Part shown: positions 18,860 to 35,982 of the stretch, piece after piece
Position numbering within the stretch: position 1 is the stretch's first letter
How the letters are laid out: each line of letters begins with the position of its first letter
NCBI RefSeq assembly: GCF_009914755.1
Contig: NC_060943.1
From: the human T2T-CHM13v2.0 reference genome, Homo sapiens
Length of the DNA stretch: 64,000 nucleotides
Reading direction: 5' to 3' (one strand)
Notes under the pieces: generated by a model
Seen by the model: only the letters and a program-made list of their open reading frames with translations
What the model was told of the DNA's origin: nothing
Databases searched by the model: none
Position numbers and translations under genes: made by a program

Positions 18860-19315
18860 TTAGACAAGTATTTGTTATTTCTCACAATTCTGCAGCTGAC
18901 TGGGCTCAGCTGGGCAGTTCTTCTGCTCTAAGTGGTAAAGGCTGAGGTCACTTATGTGATTGCATTCAGCTGGGAGCTTGACTGCACCTGGAATGTTTAA
19001 GACAGCTGGGGAGAGCCTCGCTCCTCTGAGCTCTCACTAGTCAGTTTCCTAGCTTGAGCTTCCTTATAGTACGGTGGCCGGCTTCTGAGAAGGAAGAAGT
19101 GGGAACAACCAGGCCTTCTAAGGGATAGACCCAGAACTGTCACAGTGTCACTTCTGCCACAGTCTATTGGTCAGAGCAAATCCCAAGGCAGGCTCAGATT
19201 TAAGGGGTGACGTAACAGATTCCACCTCTTGATGAGAGAGTGGCAAGATTATGTTGCACAAGAGCATGCAGGATGGGAGATACAGTTGTGGCCATCTTGG
19301 TATCTACTACAACAC
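18860..19315 (-). mobile_element. Old MLT1-type MaLR LTR fragment (its other end is at ~18060-18125)
   Basis: ttctcacaattctgcagctgactgggctcagctgggcagttc...cacagtgtcacttctgccac...ccacctcttgatg. Confidence 0.6.
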
Positions 19316-20081
19316 TCTGGGCAGGCAGCCCCACTTAAGGCTCCTGTCACTCTCTCCCCATAGAAGGAAAAGTGGACTCTTCTGTAAACGGGAAGAGGAG
19401 TTGAACTTGAAACCGGCTCTTTGCTATCTTTTTACAGCATAAAGAGACATAGTAAAGATAGTGTTCCAGGCTCCAGTTCTGGACATTTCTGGGATCTTAG
19501 AGAAGTTTCTTACTAAGTCCATGAGGTGCTCATAGACAGGGTGGGGAGACCTCACAGATACAGAGCCACCCTATTAATTGAAACCCTAAGGAGAGAAGGC
19601 AGGGGATCATGGAAGGCTTTCTGAACTATGTGATTTTTAACTGTTGTTGTTGTTTTGAGACAAGGTCTCACTCTGTCACCCAGGGTGGAGTGCAGTGGCA
19701 CAACCTTGGATCACTGCAGCCTTGACCTCCTGGGCTCAAGCGACCCTCCCAAGTAGGTGGGACTGCATCACTATGCCTGGCTAATTTTATTTTATTTTTT
19801 GTAGAGGCGGGGGGTCCCACTATATTGGCCAGGCTGGTCTTGAACTCCTGGGCTCAAGTGATCCTCCTGTCCCAAAGTGCTGGGATTACAGGCATGAACA
19901 ATTGCCCCAAGCCTGAACTTAATGTGTCTTAATGAACAATGACCAGCTTTGGATGTATTATGGGGAGATCTCAGGCAGAGTGAATGCCATCAGGGAAATA
20001 CTCAGAGAGATTTGGGGAGTTCGGTTGGGTGGTGGGTTGTGATTGCCTTTCCTCACTAGCCTGGCCTCCATCTCTCTCCAG

Positions 20082-20246
20082 GCTTTGGCGAAGGTAACCC
20101 TGTCTCCTGGAGAAACGGTTTCTGCGTGACCTCCAAGGACTGCAAATTTGGCAACTCCATCTATGCCCTGACCTATGGTGTTGGCTTTGGCTTCTGCGTC
20201 AACACCACCTGTTGCCAAGGCAACTACCAGGAGCCCACCCCTCTCG
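20082..20246 (+). pseudogene. LU gene exon 3: GFGEGNPVSWRNGFCVTSKDCKFGNSIYALTYGVGFGFCVNTTCCQGNYQEPTPL
   Basis: ctctctccag| ... |GTATG, 165 nt, open frame. CC motif of an LU C-terminal half and an NTT sequon. Confidence 0.85.
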
Positions 20247-20514
20247 GTATGCTGTCACCAGAAAGCAGTCAGATGGGTGGCCAAGGAGGTGGTGGGTGAC
20301 TCTGGAGGCAGAGTTGAGGAAGGAATGCAGGAAGGAACATCACTCAACCCCAACCAGGCTGCCCTCAGGCACCCTGATCCCAGCTTGGGAGGAAATCCCA
20401 CCAAGGTCATGACAATATTAAGTTCGTGACAATGTGGTAGAGCCTAGGAGTGCACTCGGGGCCCCGGGAGGTCCTGAGATTCCTTCTGACTGACCTTCAT
20501 CCTCTTCTACACAG

Positions 20515-20661
20515 CAGCTCATCTGGCCTCACACACCCTGAGTGAGATATTGTGTCCTACATGTCCTGGGAGCTACTTGGAGCCCTGCAATTCCTCCTTC
20601 TACATGCAGTGTCCCAGTGGGGAATCTGAGTGTGTCCAGCTGGACCTAACGTCTGAAGAAG
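20515..20661 (+). pseudogene. LU gene exon 4: AAHLASHTLSEILCPTCPGSYLEPCNSSFYMQCPSGESECVQLDLTSEE
   Basis: NAGNAG acceptor (CAGCAG 20512-20517) and |GTAATG donor, 147 nt open. Cys pattern CxxC..C..C..C of the second LU domain. Confidence 0.88.
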
Positions 20662-21127
20662 GTAATGGGGACAGCACATGTGTGTGTGTGTGTGTGTGTG
20701 TGAAGAAGGTAATGGGGACAGCATGTGTGTGTGTGTGCACATGTGTGTGTGCACGAGTGAGCCTTAGCACGTTAGATTTGGATACTGGTGTGCTTGAGTT
20801 TGGAGTCTCCCCTCCACCCTTTACTCTGTGTAGCTCAAGGCAAGTGACTTTATCTCTTTGAGCCTCTGTTTTCTCTTCTGGTAATTGGGGATGGTAGACA
20901 CACACCTTGAAGGGCGTTGTGAGGACAAAGTGAACTCATGAGGGAGGTGACAGAGTAAAGGGCATAAGAACAGGACTCTAGGGCCAGGCTGCCTGGGTTC
21001 AAATGCTGAATCCACCACCTGAGCTGGGTGACCTTGACCAGGTGACTTTGCCTCTCTGTGCCTCAATTTCTCCATCTGTAAAAGGGGATAACTTGGTATG
21101 CAACAAGTTCTTTAAAAAACAGGGGAG

Positions 21128-21527
<400 letters not shown>

Positions 21528-21893
21528 TCATAACCTCGTCTCAAAAAAAAAAAAAGAAAAAACAACAACAAAACGGGAATAACAACAGTCGCTAAGTCCT
21601 AAGACTGTTGTGAGAATTGAATAAGATAATCCACTAAACTATATCAGTGCTTTCTGAAAGAAATGTAATGTAAGACACGTGTGTAATTTAAAATTTTCTG
21701 GGCCAGGTGTGGTAGCTCACACCTGTAATCCCAGCTCTCTAGGAGGCCAGGATCGCTTGAGCCTGGAAGTTTGAGACCAGCCTGGGCAACAGAGGCAGAC
21801 CCTATCTCTACAAAAAATTTTCAAAATAATTAGCTGGGCCTGGTGCTACGGCCTGCAGTCGCAGCTACTCAGGAGGCTGGGGTGGGAGGATCA

Positions 21894-21983
<90 letters not shown>

Positions 21984-22139
21984 TTAAAAAAAGTTTTTAA
22001 AAAAGGAAACAAACATTGCACACGAGTGAAAACACACCTGTAACATACGTGTAAGGTAGAAAGAGTGACAACGAGAGAGAGACAGCCGTGACCAGCTCCC
22101 AGCTCAAAGAAAAGAACATTCCTGATGAGCTTTCACGAA

Positions 22140-22570
22140 GGACATGGACTCGAGGGGCTCGCGGGCCCTGTGCGTGTGCAAGGCGCGCGCGTGTGCGCTT
22201 GGGTGCGCGCGGGGGTGGCCTTCTGCCTGCGCGCGCCCCCACGTCCCCTCCTTGCACCCTGTCTCCGTCTCGGCAGGCGGCCGGAACGTGAACGTACGCG
22301 GCTGCGGCTCCCGAGACCTGTGCAGCGCCCTGGACTGGACCCACGGGCTCTCTGTGCTCCCAAGACACTGGCTGTCGAGCCACTGCAGCCCCCACCGCCG
22401 CGCCGTCCTAGAGTCCCACTGCCGCTCGGGCGCCGCGCCCGGCCTCCGCCTCTCCCTCCCGGTTCTGGTGGTAGTCCTGGCAACCGCGACGCTGTGCTAA
22501 GGAATCCCGCCTGGACCACCCCGCCGCCCGGGAGGCCCCCTCCACCTGCTTGTTCGGCACGTCGCTAGAT
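22140..22570. promoter_or_regulatory. CpG island over exon 5 of the LU gene
   Basis: Dense CG dinucleotides (e.g. ggcgcgcgcgtgtgcgc, cgccgcgccc) in an otherwise CpG-poor, non-Alu context. Confidence 0.8.
22277..22500 (+). pseudogene. LU gene exon 5: GGRNVNVRGCGSRDLCSALDWTHGLSVLPRHWLSSHCSPHRRAVLESHCRSGAAPGLRLSLPVLVVVLATATLC*
   Basis: ctcggcag| acceptor, RGC..LC motif, small-residue omega region (SGA), then a hydrophobic tail and TAA at 22498-22500. Confidence 0.88.
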
Positions 22571-23833
22571 GGTGCCCTGGCTCCCCTCTGCTGGGGCAAT
22601 GCGGAGACCTGGAAGCCTCTGGTGAGAAACTCAGGAAGCAGGGATGAGCTTCCTCCCTCAGACTAGCGTTTCCCAAAGCCAGACCTTCTGCTCCAGACTC
22701 AGGGCTTACTCAAGGCTAAGTCCTCTTTCCTCACACCAGGGTCCCAAAGGCCATGCCTCCATCAGCCTAGGGTGTGTCTTCCCCGCTCAGACTAAGGCCA
22801 CTCACCTGCTGCTGAGATCAGGCGTCTGCTCAACTAAGTTGGGGCGGGGCGCTATACCTCCCCCCTCAGATTAGCACCTTCCCCAAGGCCAAACCTCCTC
22901 CCTCAGAAGAGGGCTGTTCTTCTTCCTCAAGTTACTAAGCCTCCTTCTTCAAACGAGGGGATACCCAATATCCGGCTGCTCCCAGACACCAGGGATGTGT
23001 CTCTTCTCCCACACATTGACAAGCAACTTCTCTTTTGTTCTCCCTGTTTGGGGTCTAGCAAAATCCTGGGCAGCCAAGGCGGGGCTTGAGGATCCGATAC
23101 ACCCTCTTCCAAGGTTTTCAGAGCAGCCTCCTCCACCCCCACCATGGGCCAAGACGGGGCAGGGGGCATGGGTGGGGTGAGGAGCCCCTCTTCTGTGTGG
23201 GCCCAATCTCCCAGCTGTAACCAGATCTGAATGAATCACATCTCACAATGCCAAGTGGTTTGAGTTTCCTTTTTCTGAAGTTTTAGCCTCAAAGAGGGCC
23301 CTGATGTGGTCCTCTCTCCTCTGAGGCCAGGGGAGGTTAAGTTACTTCAACTGGTGAACCTGGAGGGGACAAACCGACAACAGTGTCTGGCCAGGGTGGG
23401 CATAAGACCAAATGCTGCATCTGGAACTGAACTCAGAGGATTGAGCGGAGAAGTGAAACTGGGTTGCTCACCACAGGCAGAATGCCAGGAACCATTTGCT
23501 TTCTGCTGAAAGTGGCTGAGCGCAGTGGTTCACGCCTGTAATCCCAGTGCCTGGGGGCTATGACAGTGGGAGGGAGGGCTACCTAAGAAATCACTCCAGG
23601 CCATGCACCAGACAGATTAGGCGGCGTGGCTCTAGGGGGCTTGAAAGAGACCGCCCCCGCCAGGCGCAGTGGCTCCCGCCTGTAATCCCAGCACTTTGGG
23701 AGGCCGAGGCCGGCAGATTACTTGAGGTCAGGAGTTTGAGACCAGCCTGGCCAATAGGACGAAACCCGTCTCTACTAAAAATACAAAAACTTAGCCGGGC
23801 ATGGTGGCGAGTGCCTGTGTTCCCAGTCACTCA

Positions 23834-23995
<162 letters not shown>

Positions 23996-24619
23996 TTAAC
24001 ATTCATCTAACAAATCTTTATCAGTCACAAGCTATGTATTCTTTTGTAAATGAGACACTGGCGATACAGACAAAATTCTGTGCTCTTATGGAAGTGGTAT
24101 TTTAGTGGAGGAGACACATAATAAATAAATATCACATATCGTACATCACATATCAGTGAGTACTAGGAAGGAAACAGTGCGGGGAAGGAGAATGGGGAAC
24201 GCTGCCAAAGAGATATGATCTTATACATGGTGAGTAAGAGCCTCAGTAAGGTGACGTAAGTAAAGACCTAATTGAGGAAGTAAAGACCTACGTGGGGCAA
24301 GGGAGAAGGCCATGCAGTTGTCTGAGGTGGGGGAGGAGGACATTCCAGGCAGAGGGAACTGGAAAGGCAAAGGCTCCAAGGCAGATGCAGTAAGAAACAG
24401 TTAATGTGGGTCAGACGCAGTGGTTCATGCCTGTAATCACAGTGTGATTTTGGGAGGCTGAGGTAGGAGGATTGCTTGAGGCCAGGAGTTCAAGACCAGC
24501 CTGGGCAATATAGCAAGATCCCATCTCTACAAAACATTGAAAAGTTAGCCTAGCATGGTGGTGGACTACAGGTATAGCTGTAGTCCCAGCTGGTCAGGAG
24601 ATCAAGACCATCCTGGCTA

Positions 24620-24901
<282 letters not shown>

Positions 24902-25361
24902 TCACAATTTATCTGCAGTGTAGTCTTGGACAAGTTTCATAACATCTCTGAGCCTTGTGTTCCCATATTGTAAGGTGTTATTGTAAGGTACATTAAGCAC
25001 AAGGCTTGGCCCACCCTAAGCTTTCAACCAATTGAAATAGTCATGTCTTCAGGTTGTTAATCATGAGGACTGTGCTATTATTTATCCACATTGTATAGAG
25101 GAAGAAACTGAGGCTGAAGGAGGCTAAGAGACTGCTAGTATGAAGAACATTGGGACTGAACACACATCTGTCTGACTCTAGAAGATAAAATTTCCCCCCC
25201 TTAAACATTAAGAAAATGTCCAAATATACACAAAAGTAGAGAAAATAGTATAATATCTATGACAGACTGATACCCCAATCTATGATGGGACCAAAATGTG
25301 ACTGAGCCCAGAGCCCATAGCAGGCGCCCAGGAGATGTTTGCAGCTGGAAGCAGTCATTAA

Positions 25362-25703
<342 letters not shown>

Positions 25704-28591
25704 TAGGCCTGTCTCGAATTCCTGACCTCAAGTGACCCGCCCGCCTTGGCCTCCCAAAGTGCTGGGATTACAACGTGAGCCACTGCTCCTGGCCTTTCCT
25801 TTGCTTTTACCCTCCCTCCTTTGCTCTTTCTCTCTCCCTCCTTCCTTTCTCCCTTCTTTCCTCCTCTCTCTCTTTCTCCCTCCTCTCCTTCATACTTCTT
25901 TCTTCCTTTCTCCCTTCTTGCCTTCCTATATTCCCTCCCTCTTCCCTTCTTTCCTTTTTGTGCTGAGACATTTAAAGCAAATCCCAGATATCATATTTCA
26001 CCCATAAATACTTCCCTGTGCATCAGAGCCCATGCTTTCGACTCTTGTAGGACGGACACATCCTTTCTGGGAGGGAGGATGGAATAAAATAAAGCATACT
26101 GAGAGCTTAGCATAACCCACACCCATCCCTGCCTGTTTGCAGAAGGCCTAGAATATCCTAATCCTTCAGGGGAGATCTCCCTTCACCCATGGATCTGTGA
26201 CATTCTTCTAAATCCTTCATAGAAAGCTCATATCAAAAGTGACTAGTTCACCTGTCTCTACAAAAAAATCAAAAATTAGCCTGGGTGTGGGGGCACACAC
26301 CAGTGTTCCCAGCTACTCAGGAGGCTGAGGTGGGAGGATCACTTGAGCCTGGGAGGTTGAGGCTGCCGTGAGCTGCGATCGCGCCACTGCACTCCAGCCT
26401 GGGCGACAGAGTGAGACCCTGACTCAAAAAAAAAAAAAAGTGACTAGTTGAATATGCGTACAAGAGACATAGCCACAGAGCTCAGCATAGTGGTTCAGAG
26501 GATGTACTCAGGTTCCAGTCTGTCTGGGTTCGAAAGCCAACACTTTGCCAGTTACTAGTTGTTTTTTTGTTTTTGTTTTTGTTTTTTACCTTTGGAAACA
26601 GAGTCTCACTCTGTCACTCAGGCTGGAGTGAAGTGGCGCAAACTCAGCTCACTGCAGCCTCTGCCTCCCAGGTTCAAGTGATTCTCCTCCCTCAGCCTCC
26701 CCAATAGCTGGGATTACAGGCGTGCCACCATGCCCAGCTAATTTTTGTATATTTAGTAGAGATGGAGTTTTGCCATGTTGCCCAGGCTGGTCTCCAACTC
26801 CTGAGCTCCGGCAATCTGCCTGCCTCGGCCTCCCAAAATGCTGGGATTACCACCATTTTGTGAGCCACTGAGCCCAGTCACTAGTTCAGTTACTAGTGGC
26901 CTCAGGTGAGTACCTTGACCTCAGCTTTCCCATTTGTGAAATGGGACAATAGTGGTTCCTGCTCACAGAGTGGACACAAAGGTTGAGAGAGTCCACACAT
27001 ACACAGAACTCAGAACAGCGCCTGGAATTCAGAGTTCAACACAGGTAAATGGTGGCCCTTACTGTCATTATTGGGGAGGGGGAGTGCCCTTTGGGTCATG
27101 GGTCCCGTTTCTGTCTGTTACCCAACATGGCCTCCCGTTGTGAAGGTTGCCTACCCCAAGGTATGGGTGTGAAGGAACCTGGGGGTGGTGAGGAAGGAAG
27201 CAACATCTCTGCCAGACTGGAGTCTCGGGGGATGGGTCCCGGATATGACCTGTCCTGGCTGAGTCCAGAGTCCATGGCAGGTGGTCAGGAAACATTTGTG
27301 GAAAACAGTCATTTAATGGTCCTGGAATCTGCAGGGGTAAAAGGGACTTTGGGGATGGGGTGGGGCTAACCTGGGTGAAGAATTTGATGTTATTGTACAT
27401 TGCTAATTTTCCATAGGGGCATACATGTAGGCATATTATTCAAGTTTTAAAATTTTACTATAAATTATTTAAAACAAACAAAAACAAATAAAGAATAAGT
27501 GGAGTCTCTTGGCACTCAGTTGAAAGACAAGAAACATCAAAACATTTGAAATACATACCCAGTGGCCATAGCTGTCCCTGGCCACAGCTCCTTTCCTCTC
27601 TCCTCACCTGAGATCACCTCTATCCTGAACATGGTATTTCCAATTTTGCCACCTACAGGCATGCTTTTGATTTTTTTTTTTTCAGACAAGGTCTCACTCT
27701 GTTGCCCAGGCTGGAGGGCAATGGTGCTATCAATAGCTCACTGCAGCCTCAACCTCCTGGGCTCAAGTGATCCTCCTGCCTCAGCCTCCTGAGTAGCTGG
27801 GACCACAGTCATGTGCCACCATGCCCAGCTCTTTCTTCCTTCCTTCCTTCTTCCTTTCCTTTCCTTCTCCTTTCCCTCCCCTCCCCTCCTTTCCCCTCCG
27901 CTTCTCTCTCCTTTCCTTCCTTCCTTTCTTTCTCTCTCTCTCTCCCTCCCTCCCTCCCTTCTTCCTTTTTTTTTTTTTTTTGAGATGGAGGCTCACTCTG
28001 TTGCCCAGGCTGGAGTGCAGTGGCATGATCTCAACTCTCTGCAACCTCCGCCTCCCAGGTTCAAGTGATTCTCTCAGCCTCCCAAGTAGGTGGGACTACA
28101 GGTGCATGCCACTGCTTCTGGCTAATTTTTTTTTTTTTTGTATTTTTAGTAGAGACGGGGTTTCACCATGTTGGTCAGGCTGGTCTTGAACCCCTGACCT
28201 CAGGTGATCCACCCGCCTCGGCCTCCCAAAGTGCGGGATTACAGGCATGAGCCACCATGCCCGGTTCCTTCCTTTCTCTTTCTGGTCTCCCTATGTTGCC
28301 CAGGCTGTTCTCAAACTCCTGAGCTCAAGCAACTTTCCTGCCTCGAACTCCCAAGGTGCTGGGATTACAATTATCAGGGTGAGCCACTATGCCCAGCCAC
28401 CTTTAATTTTTTAAGGAAAGTTTTCTCTTCTTTTCTGCTTGGCTCTCTCCTCACCTTTCTCTTCTCTCCCCCACAGACTCCTTCATAGGGGTGCTCATAG
28501 CTCACTGCAGCCTTGATCTCCCGGGCTCAAGTGATTCTTCCACCTCAGCCTCCCACGTAGCTGGGACCACAGGCATGCACCCTCATGCTGA

Positions 28592-28768
<177 letters not shown>

Positions 28769-30438
28769 TGATTCACCCTTTCTAATGGCTGTGTGGTGTG
28801 GTTTCCATGGCCTATGGCATGGATCTACCAACATTTATTCAGCAGTCATCGTCCTATTGAGGGGAATTGACGCTGTTTTCTCTTTTGTCCCTCCCACTAT
28901 GAGAGATGCAGCAGTAAACATCCTCCTGACAAGACAGTTATCATCTGTTATGTGTCTCTGTGTCCTGAATAATTTCTAATGAATTTTAAAAGTTTGGGGC
29001 AGGTGCAGTGGCTCACACCTGTAATTCCAGCACTTTGGGAGGCTGAGGCTGGTGGATCACGAGGTCAGGAGTTCGAAACCAGCCTGACCAACATGGTGAA
29101 ACCCTGTTTCTACTAAAAATACAAAAATTAGCCGGGCGTGGTGTTGCATGCCTGTAATCCCAGCTACTCAGGAGGCTGAGGCAGGAGAATCACTTGAATC
29201 CAGGAGGCGGAGGTTGCAGTGAACCAAGATTGCACCACTGCACTCCAGCCTGGGCAACAGAGCAGGACTCTGTCTCAGAAAAAAAAAAAAGCTTGGATAT
29301 CATATCCCTTTCATGCATGTTTTAAAAAATTCAAAAATGTGTAATTAAATGAAATTGAAAGTTACACTTAAAAATTAGAAGTAAGAGGCCAGGTGCGGTG
29401 GGTCACACCTGTCATCCCAGCACTTTGGGAGGCCAAGGTGGGAGGACCATTTGAAGTTGGGGGTTTGAGACCAACCTGGCCAACATGGTGAAACCCTGTC
29501 TTTACTGAAAAATAGAAAAATTAGCCAGGTGTGGTGGCGGTCACCTGTAATCCTAGCTACTCCGGAGGCTGAGGCAGAATCGCTTGAACCTGGGAGGCAT
29601 AGGTTGCAGTAAGCTTAAATCATGTCACTACACTCCAGCCTGGGTGACAGAGCGAGACTCTGTCTCAAGAAAAAAAAAAAGAGAGAAGAAGTAAGAAACA
29701 GTGAAGTGGCCCTCACCTCCCCGGGTGTGCCCCACTCCCCATGTGCCATTTCCATCCAGATGGGGCCCCCTAGACATCCTTTTTCCCCTGCAGGCTCCAG
29801 GGAGTGGTCAATGAAATTCCTTCAGTCATGAAAAGTTCCATCAGATAGATCTTTAGGAGCAGGGGTGCTCAACTGAAGGAAATGTGTGCGTTTAATTCAT
29901 TAATAAGTGTTGTCAGATTTGCCTCAAGTGTTTCATCTGGGGCCTTCCTGCATGGAGAACACCTATTTCTCTCCATCAGGCCGAATCCAACTTCCCAGCC
30001 ATCCCTTCTGCCTCCTCCCACCCTCTCTCTCTGAACCTTCCAAGGTCACAACGTGGGGTTCTGACCAGTGTTGCGCTGAGCCACGTGGGGCCTGACACAA
30101 AAGGCACTATTTACCCATGCCCCTCTGTCATGGTTTCATTTTTGTTTTGTGTTTTTGAGACAAGGCCTGGCTCTGTTGCCCAAGCTGGAGTGTACTGGCT
30201 TGATCTCAGCTAAATGCAACCTCCGCCTCCTGGGCTCAAGCCATCCTCCTACCACAGCCTCCAAAGTAGCTGGGGCTATAGACGCCTGCCACCAAGCTCA
30301 GCTAATTTTTGTAGAGACCGGGTTTTGTCACGTTTCGCAGGCTGGTCTCGAACTCCTGGGCTGAAGCAATCCGCCCACCTCGGCCTCCCAAAGTGCTGAG
30401 ATTACAGGTGTGAGCCTCTGCACCTGGCCTTCATGTAA

Positions 30439-30774
<336 letters not shown>

Positions 30775-31579
30775 TAAAGTAGTCAAAATAATATTGAAAA
30801 ATTCTTGAGTGGGTGTATTAAAACTCACGCTATTTCAAGTTAAAATATTTTAATTACAACAATATAAAATGTATTATAATTTTATTTCAGCTTAAGTTAA
30901 TTAAAAATTATTGAACATCATCACTTGGTTAAGAGAAATTGTCAAGCGTGGAGATTCTCTCAATTGAAAATGAAATAAGCCAAGATGTAGATTTTGAAAA
31001 CATTATTGATGAGTTATTTTTCCATCAAAGCTGGAGTGTATATTTAGGGCTTGGTGTGGCATTGGTCTTTATTTAGAATTTTGATATTTTGTTCATGAAA
31101 ATATCAGGGCTGGGCACGGTGGCTCACGCCAGTAAGCCCAACATTTTGTGAGGGCAAGGAGGGTGGATCACTTGAGGTCAGGGGTTTGAGACCAGCCTGG
31201 ACAACATGGTGAAACCCTGTCTCTACTAAAAATACAAAAATTAGCTGGGCATGGTGGCAGGCGCCTGTAATTTCAGCTACTCAAGTGGCTGAGGCACGAG
31301 AATCGCTTGAACCCGGGAGGCAGAGGTTGCAATGAACCCAGATCACACTCCAGTCTGGGCGACAGAGGAAGACTCTGTCTAAAAAAACAAAAGAACAAAC
31401 CATGGATTTTTTGGCATTAATTTTTATTAGTTAAAATATTGCATTAAAAATTGCATTAAAATATAATTTATCTCAATGACTCAATTTTTCGCACTCCCTT
31501 AAATTTTGCACCCAAGGCCAGTTCCTCATTGTCCTTAGTTCTGACCAAATTGAGTCACTGAATGTAGAAGAGTCCCACC

Positions 31580-31995
31580 TCACTCCTGGCTTGTTTCTGG
31601 AAAGCCTGTGGGTTGGCTGGGCTCAGCTGTATGGTTCTTCTGCCCCCCATGTGGTGTTGGCTGGGGTTACACCTGTGCCTGCATTCAGCTGGAGCTCATC
31701 TGTGGCTGAAATGTCCTGGATGGCTTCAAGCTCATCTCCATGTGGCTGCAGTCTCTACATGAGGTCTCTCCAGCACGGTAGCAGGACCTCTTTGCATAGT
31801 AGTTCTGGAGAAAGAAGGAGAAAACAGGAGCTGCCACCTGTTAAGGCCTGGGCTTGGGAGTCCCAGAGTGTCACTTCTTGTGACAAAGAATGTCACCAGA
31901 CTGGCCCAAATTTAAGGGAAGGGGAAAGAGACTCTGCCTCTTGCTAGAAAGAGTGGTACATGCCCACAGGGAAGGGAAAATTGCCAGTGGCAGTC
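31580..31995 (-). mobile_element. Old MLT1-type MaLR LTR fragment
   Basis: ggctgggctcagctgtatggttcttc...gcattcagctggagctc...cagagtgtcacttc. Confidence 0.55.
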
Positions 31996-32114
31996 TATCC
32001 CTTCCCCAAACCCCTTCCCCAACTGCCCACCTCTATCCTCTTGCTTGCTTTTTCTTTGTTTTTCTTATCATTACTTGACACTATCTTAATTACTTTTGTT
32101 TATAAGCTCCATGA

Positions 32115-32525
<411 letters not shown>

Positions 32526-32671
32526 TGACACTATCTTAATTACTTTTGTTTATTCTCTACATATTTAAAAAATATATAAGCTCCACGAGAGCAAGGGCCT
32601 TCTGTGTCTTATTCATCACTGTATCAGTACCTAAAACTGTGCCTAGCACCTAAAAGGCAGCCAGTATTTAC

Positions 32672-32705
32672 ATGAATGAATGAATGAATGAATGAATGAA
32701 TGAAT
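32672..32705. repeat. (ATGA)n tetranucleotide repeat (L2 tail)
   Basis: atgaatgaatga... about 8 units following L2 3' sequence. Confidence 0.85.
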
Positions 32706-33634
32706 CCCTGAGGACTGACTTCAGGTTTACCCAGGTTGTGGAGAGTGGAGAGAAGGTGGAGGCCACCACATGTAGATATTCCTAGGAAAGTGCTTTAGAA
32801 TTTCTAAGAGACACAGAGAGAAAGGGCAGGGAGGAAAGGAGGCTTGGGAGTGGGCAGAAGAAATCGTTCAGGGACTGTCTTTTTCACTGCTGTGTCTCCA
32901 GCCTCGACCAGCCAGGGCCTGACTCACAGTAGGTGTCTGGAAAGCATGTGTTGAATGAATGAACTTTCTCCAAAAATCCTTCACTGACTCCACCCCCACC
33001 CCCAGGCTGGGTCAGGCAACCCCCATGGCTCCCACACCTCTCTGGGCAGCTTCAACCCCATTGTAACCACTGTGGGTCATCACTGTCTGAGGACGGAGGT
33101 GTGTTCCCTACAAGACTCAGAGTCCATAGGGTTGGTGCTGTCTCAGTCACCACTGGGTCCCCAACATCAACCAAGGGGTTCTTGGAGGTAGTAAGTATAC
33201 TTTGCATCAACCTCCTCTCTGTGGGGCAGAGCCGTCCCATCACTGCTGTATTCTCACCCCGGAGGGACACAGAGTAGACACTCACAAATCACCTTCATTG
33301 ATTCTAAGAGAGATTCGTTTTCCTTTTTCTTTTCCCACATTTTAACAATTTTTTTTAAGAGACAGAGTCTCACTGTTGCCCATGCTGAAGTGCAGTGATG
33401 TGATCACAGCCCACTGCAGCCTTGACCTCCATGGCTCAAGCAATCCTCCCACCTCAGCCTCCTGAGTAACAAACCACAGGCACACGCCACCATGCCTGGC
33501 TAATTTTAAAATTTTTTTGTAGAGATGGGGTCCCCCTATATTGCCCAGGGTGGTCTCGAACTCCTGGGCTCAAGCAATCCTCCTGTCTTGGCCTCCCAAA
33601 GTGTTGGGATTACAGGTATGAGCCACTGGGTCTG

Positions 33635-35982
<2,348 letters not shown>

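Noticed and set aside
21997-22599. Several overlapping 60-147-aa ORFs on both strands
   Set aside because: These are by-products of the stop-poor CpG island. Only the frame of 22144..22500, from 22277 onward, fits a spliced LU exon.
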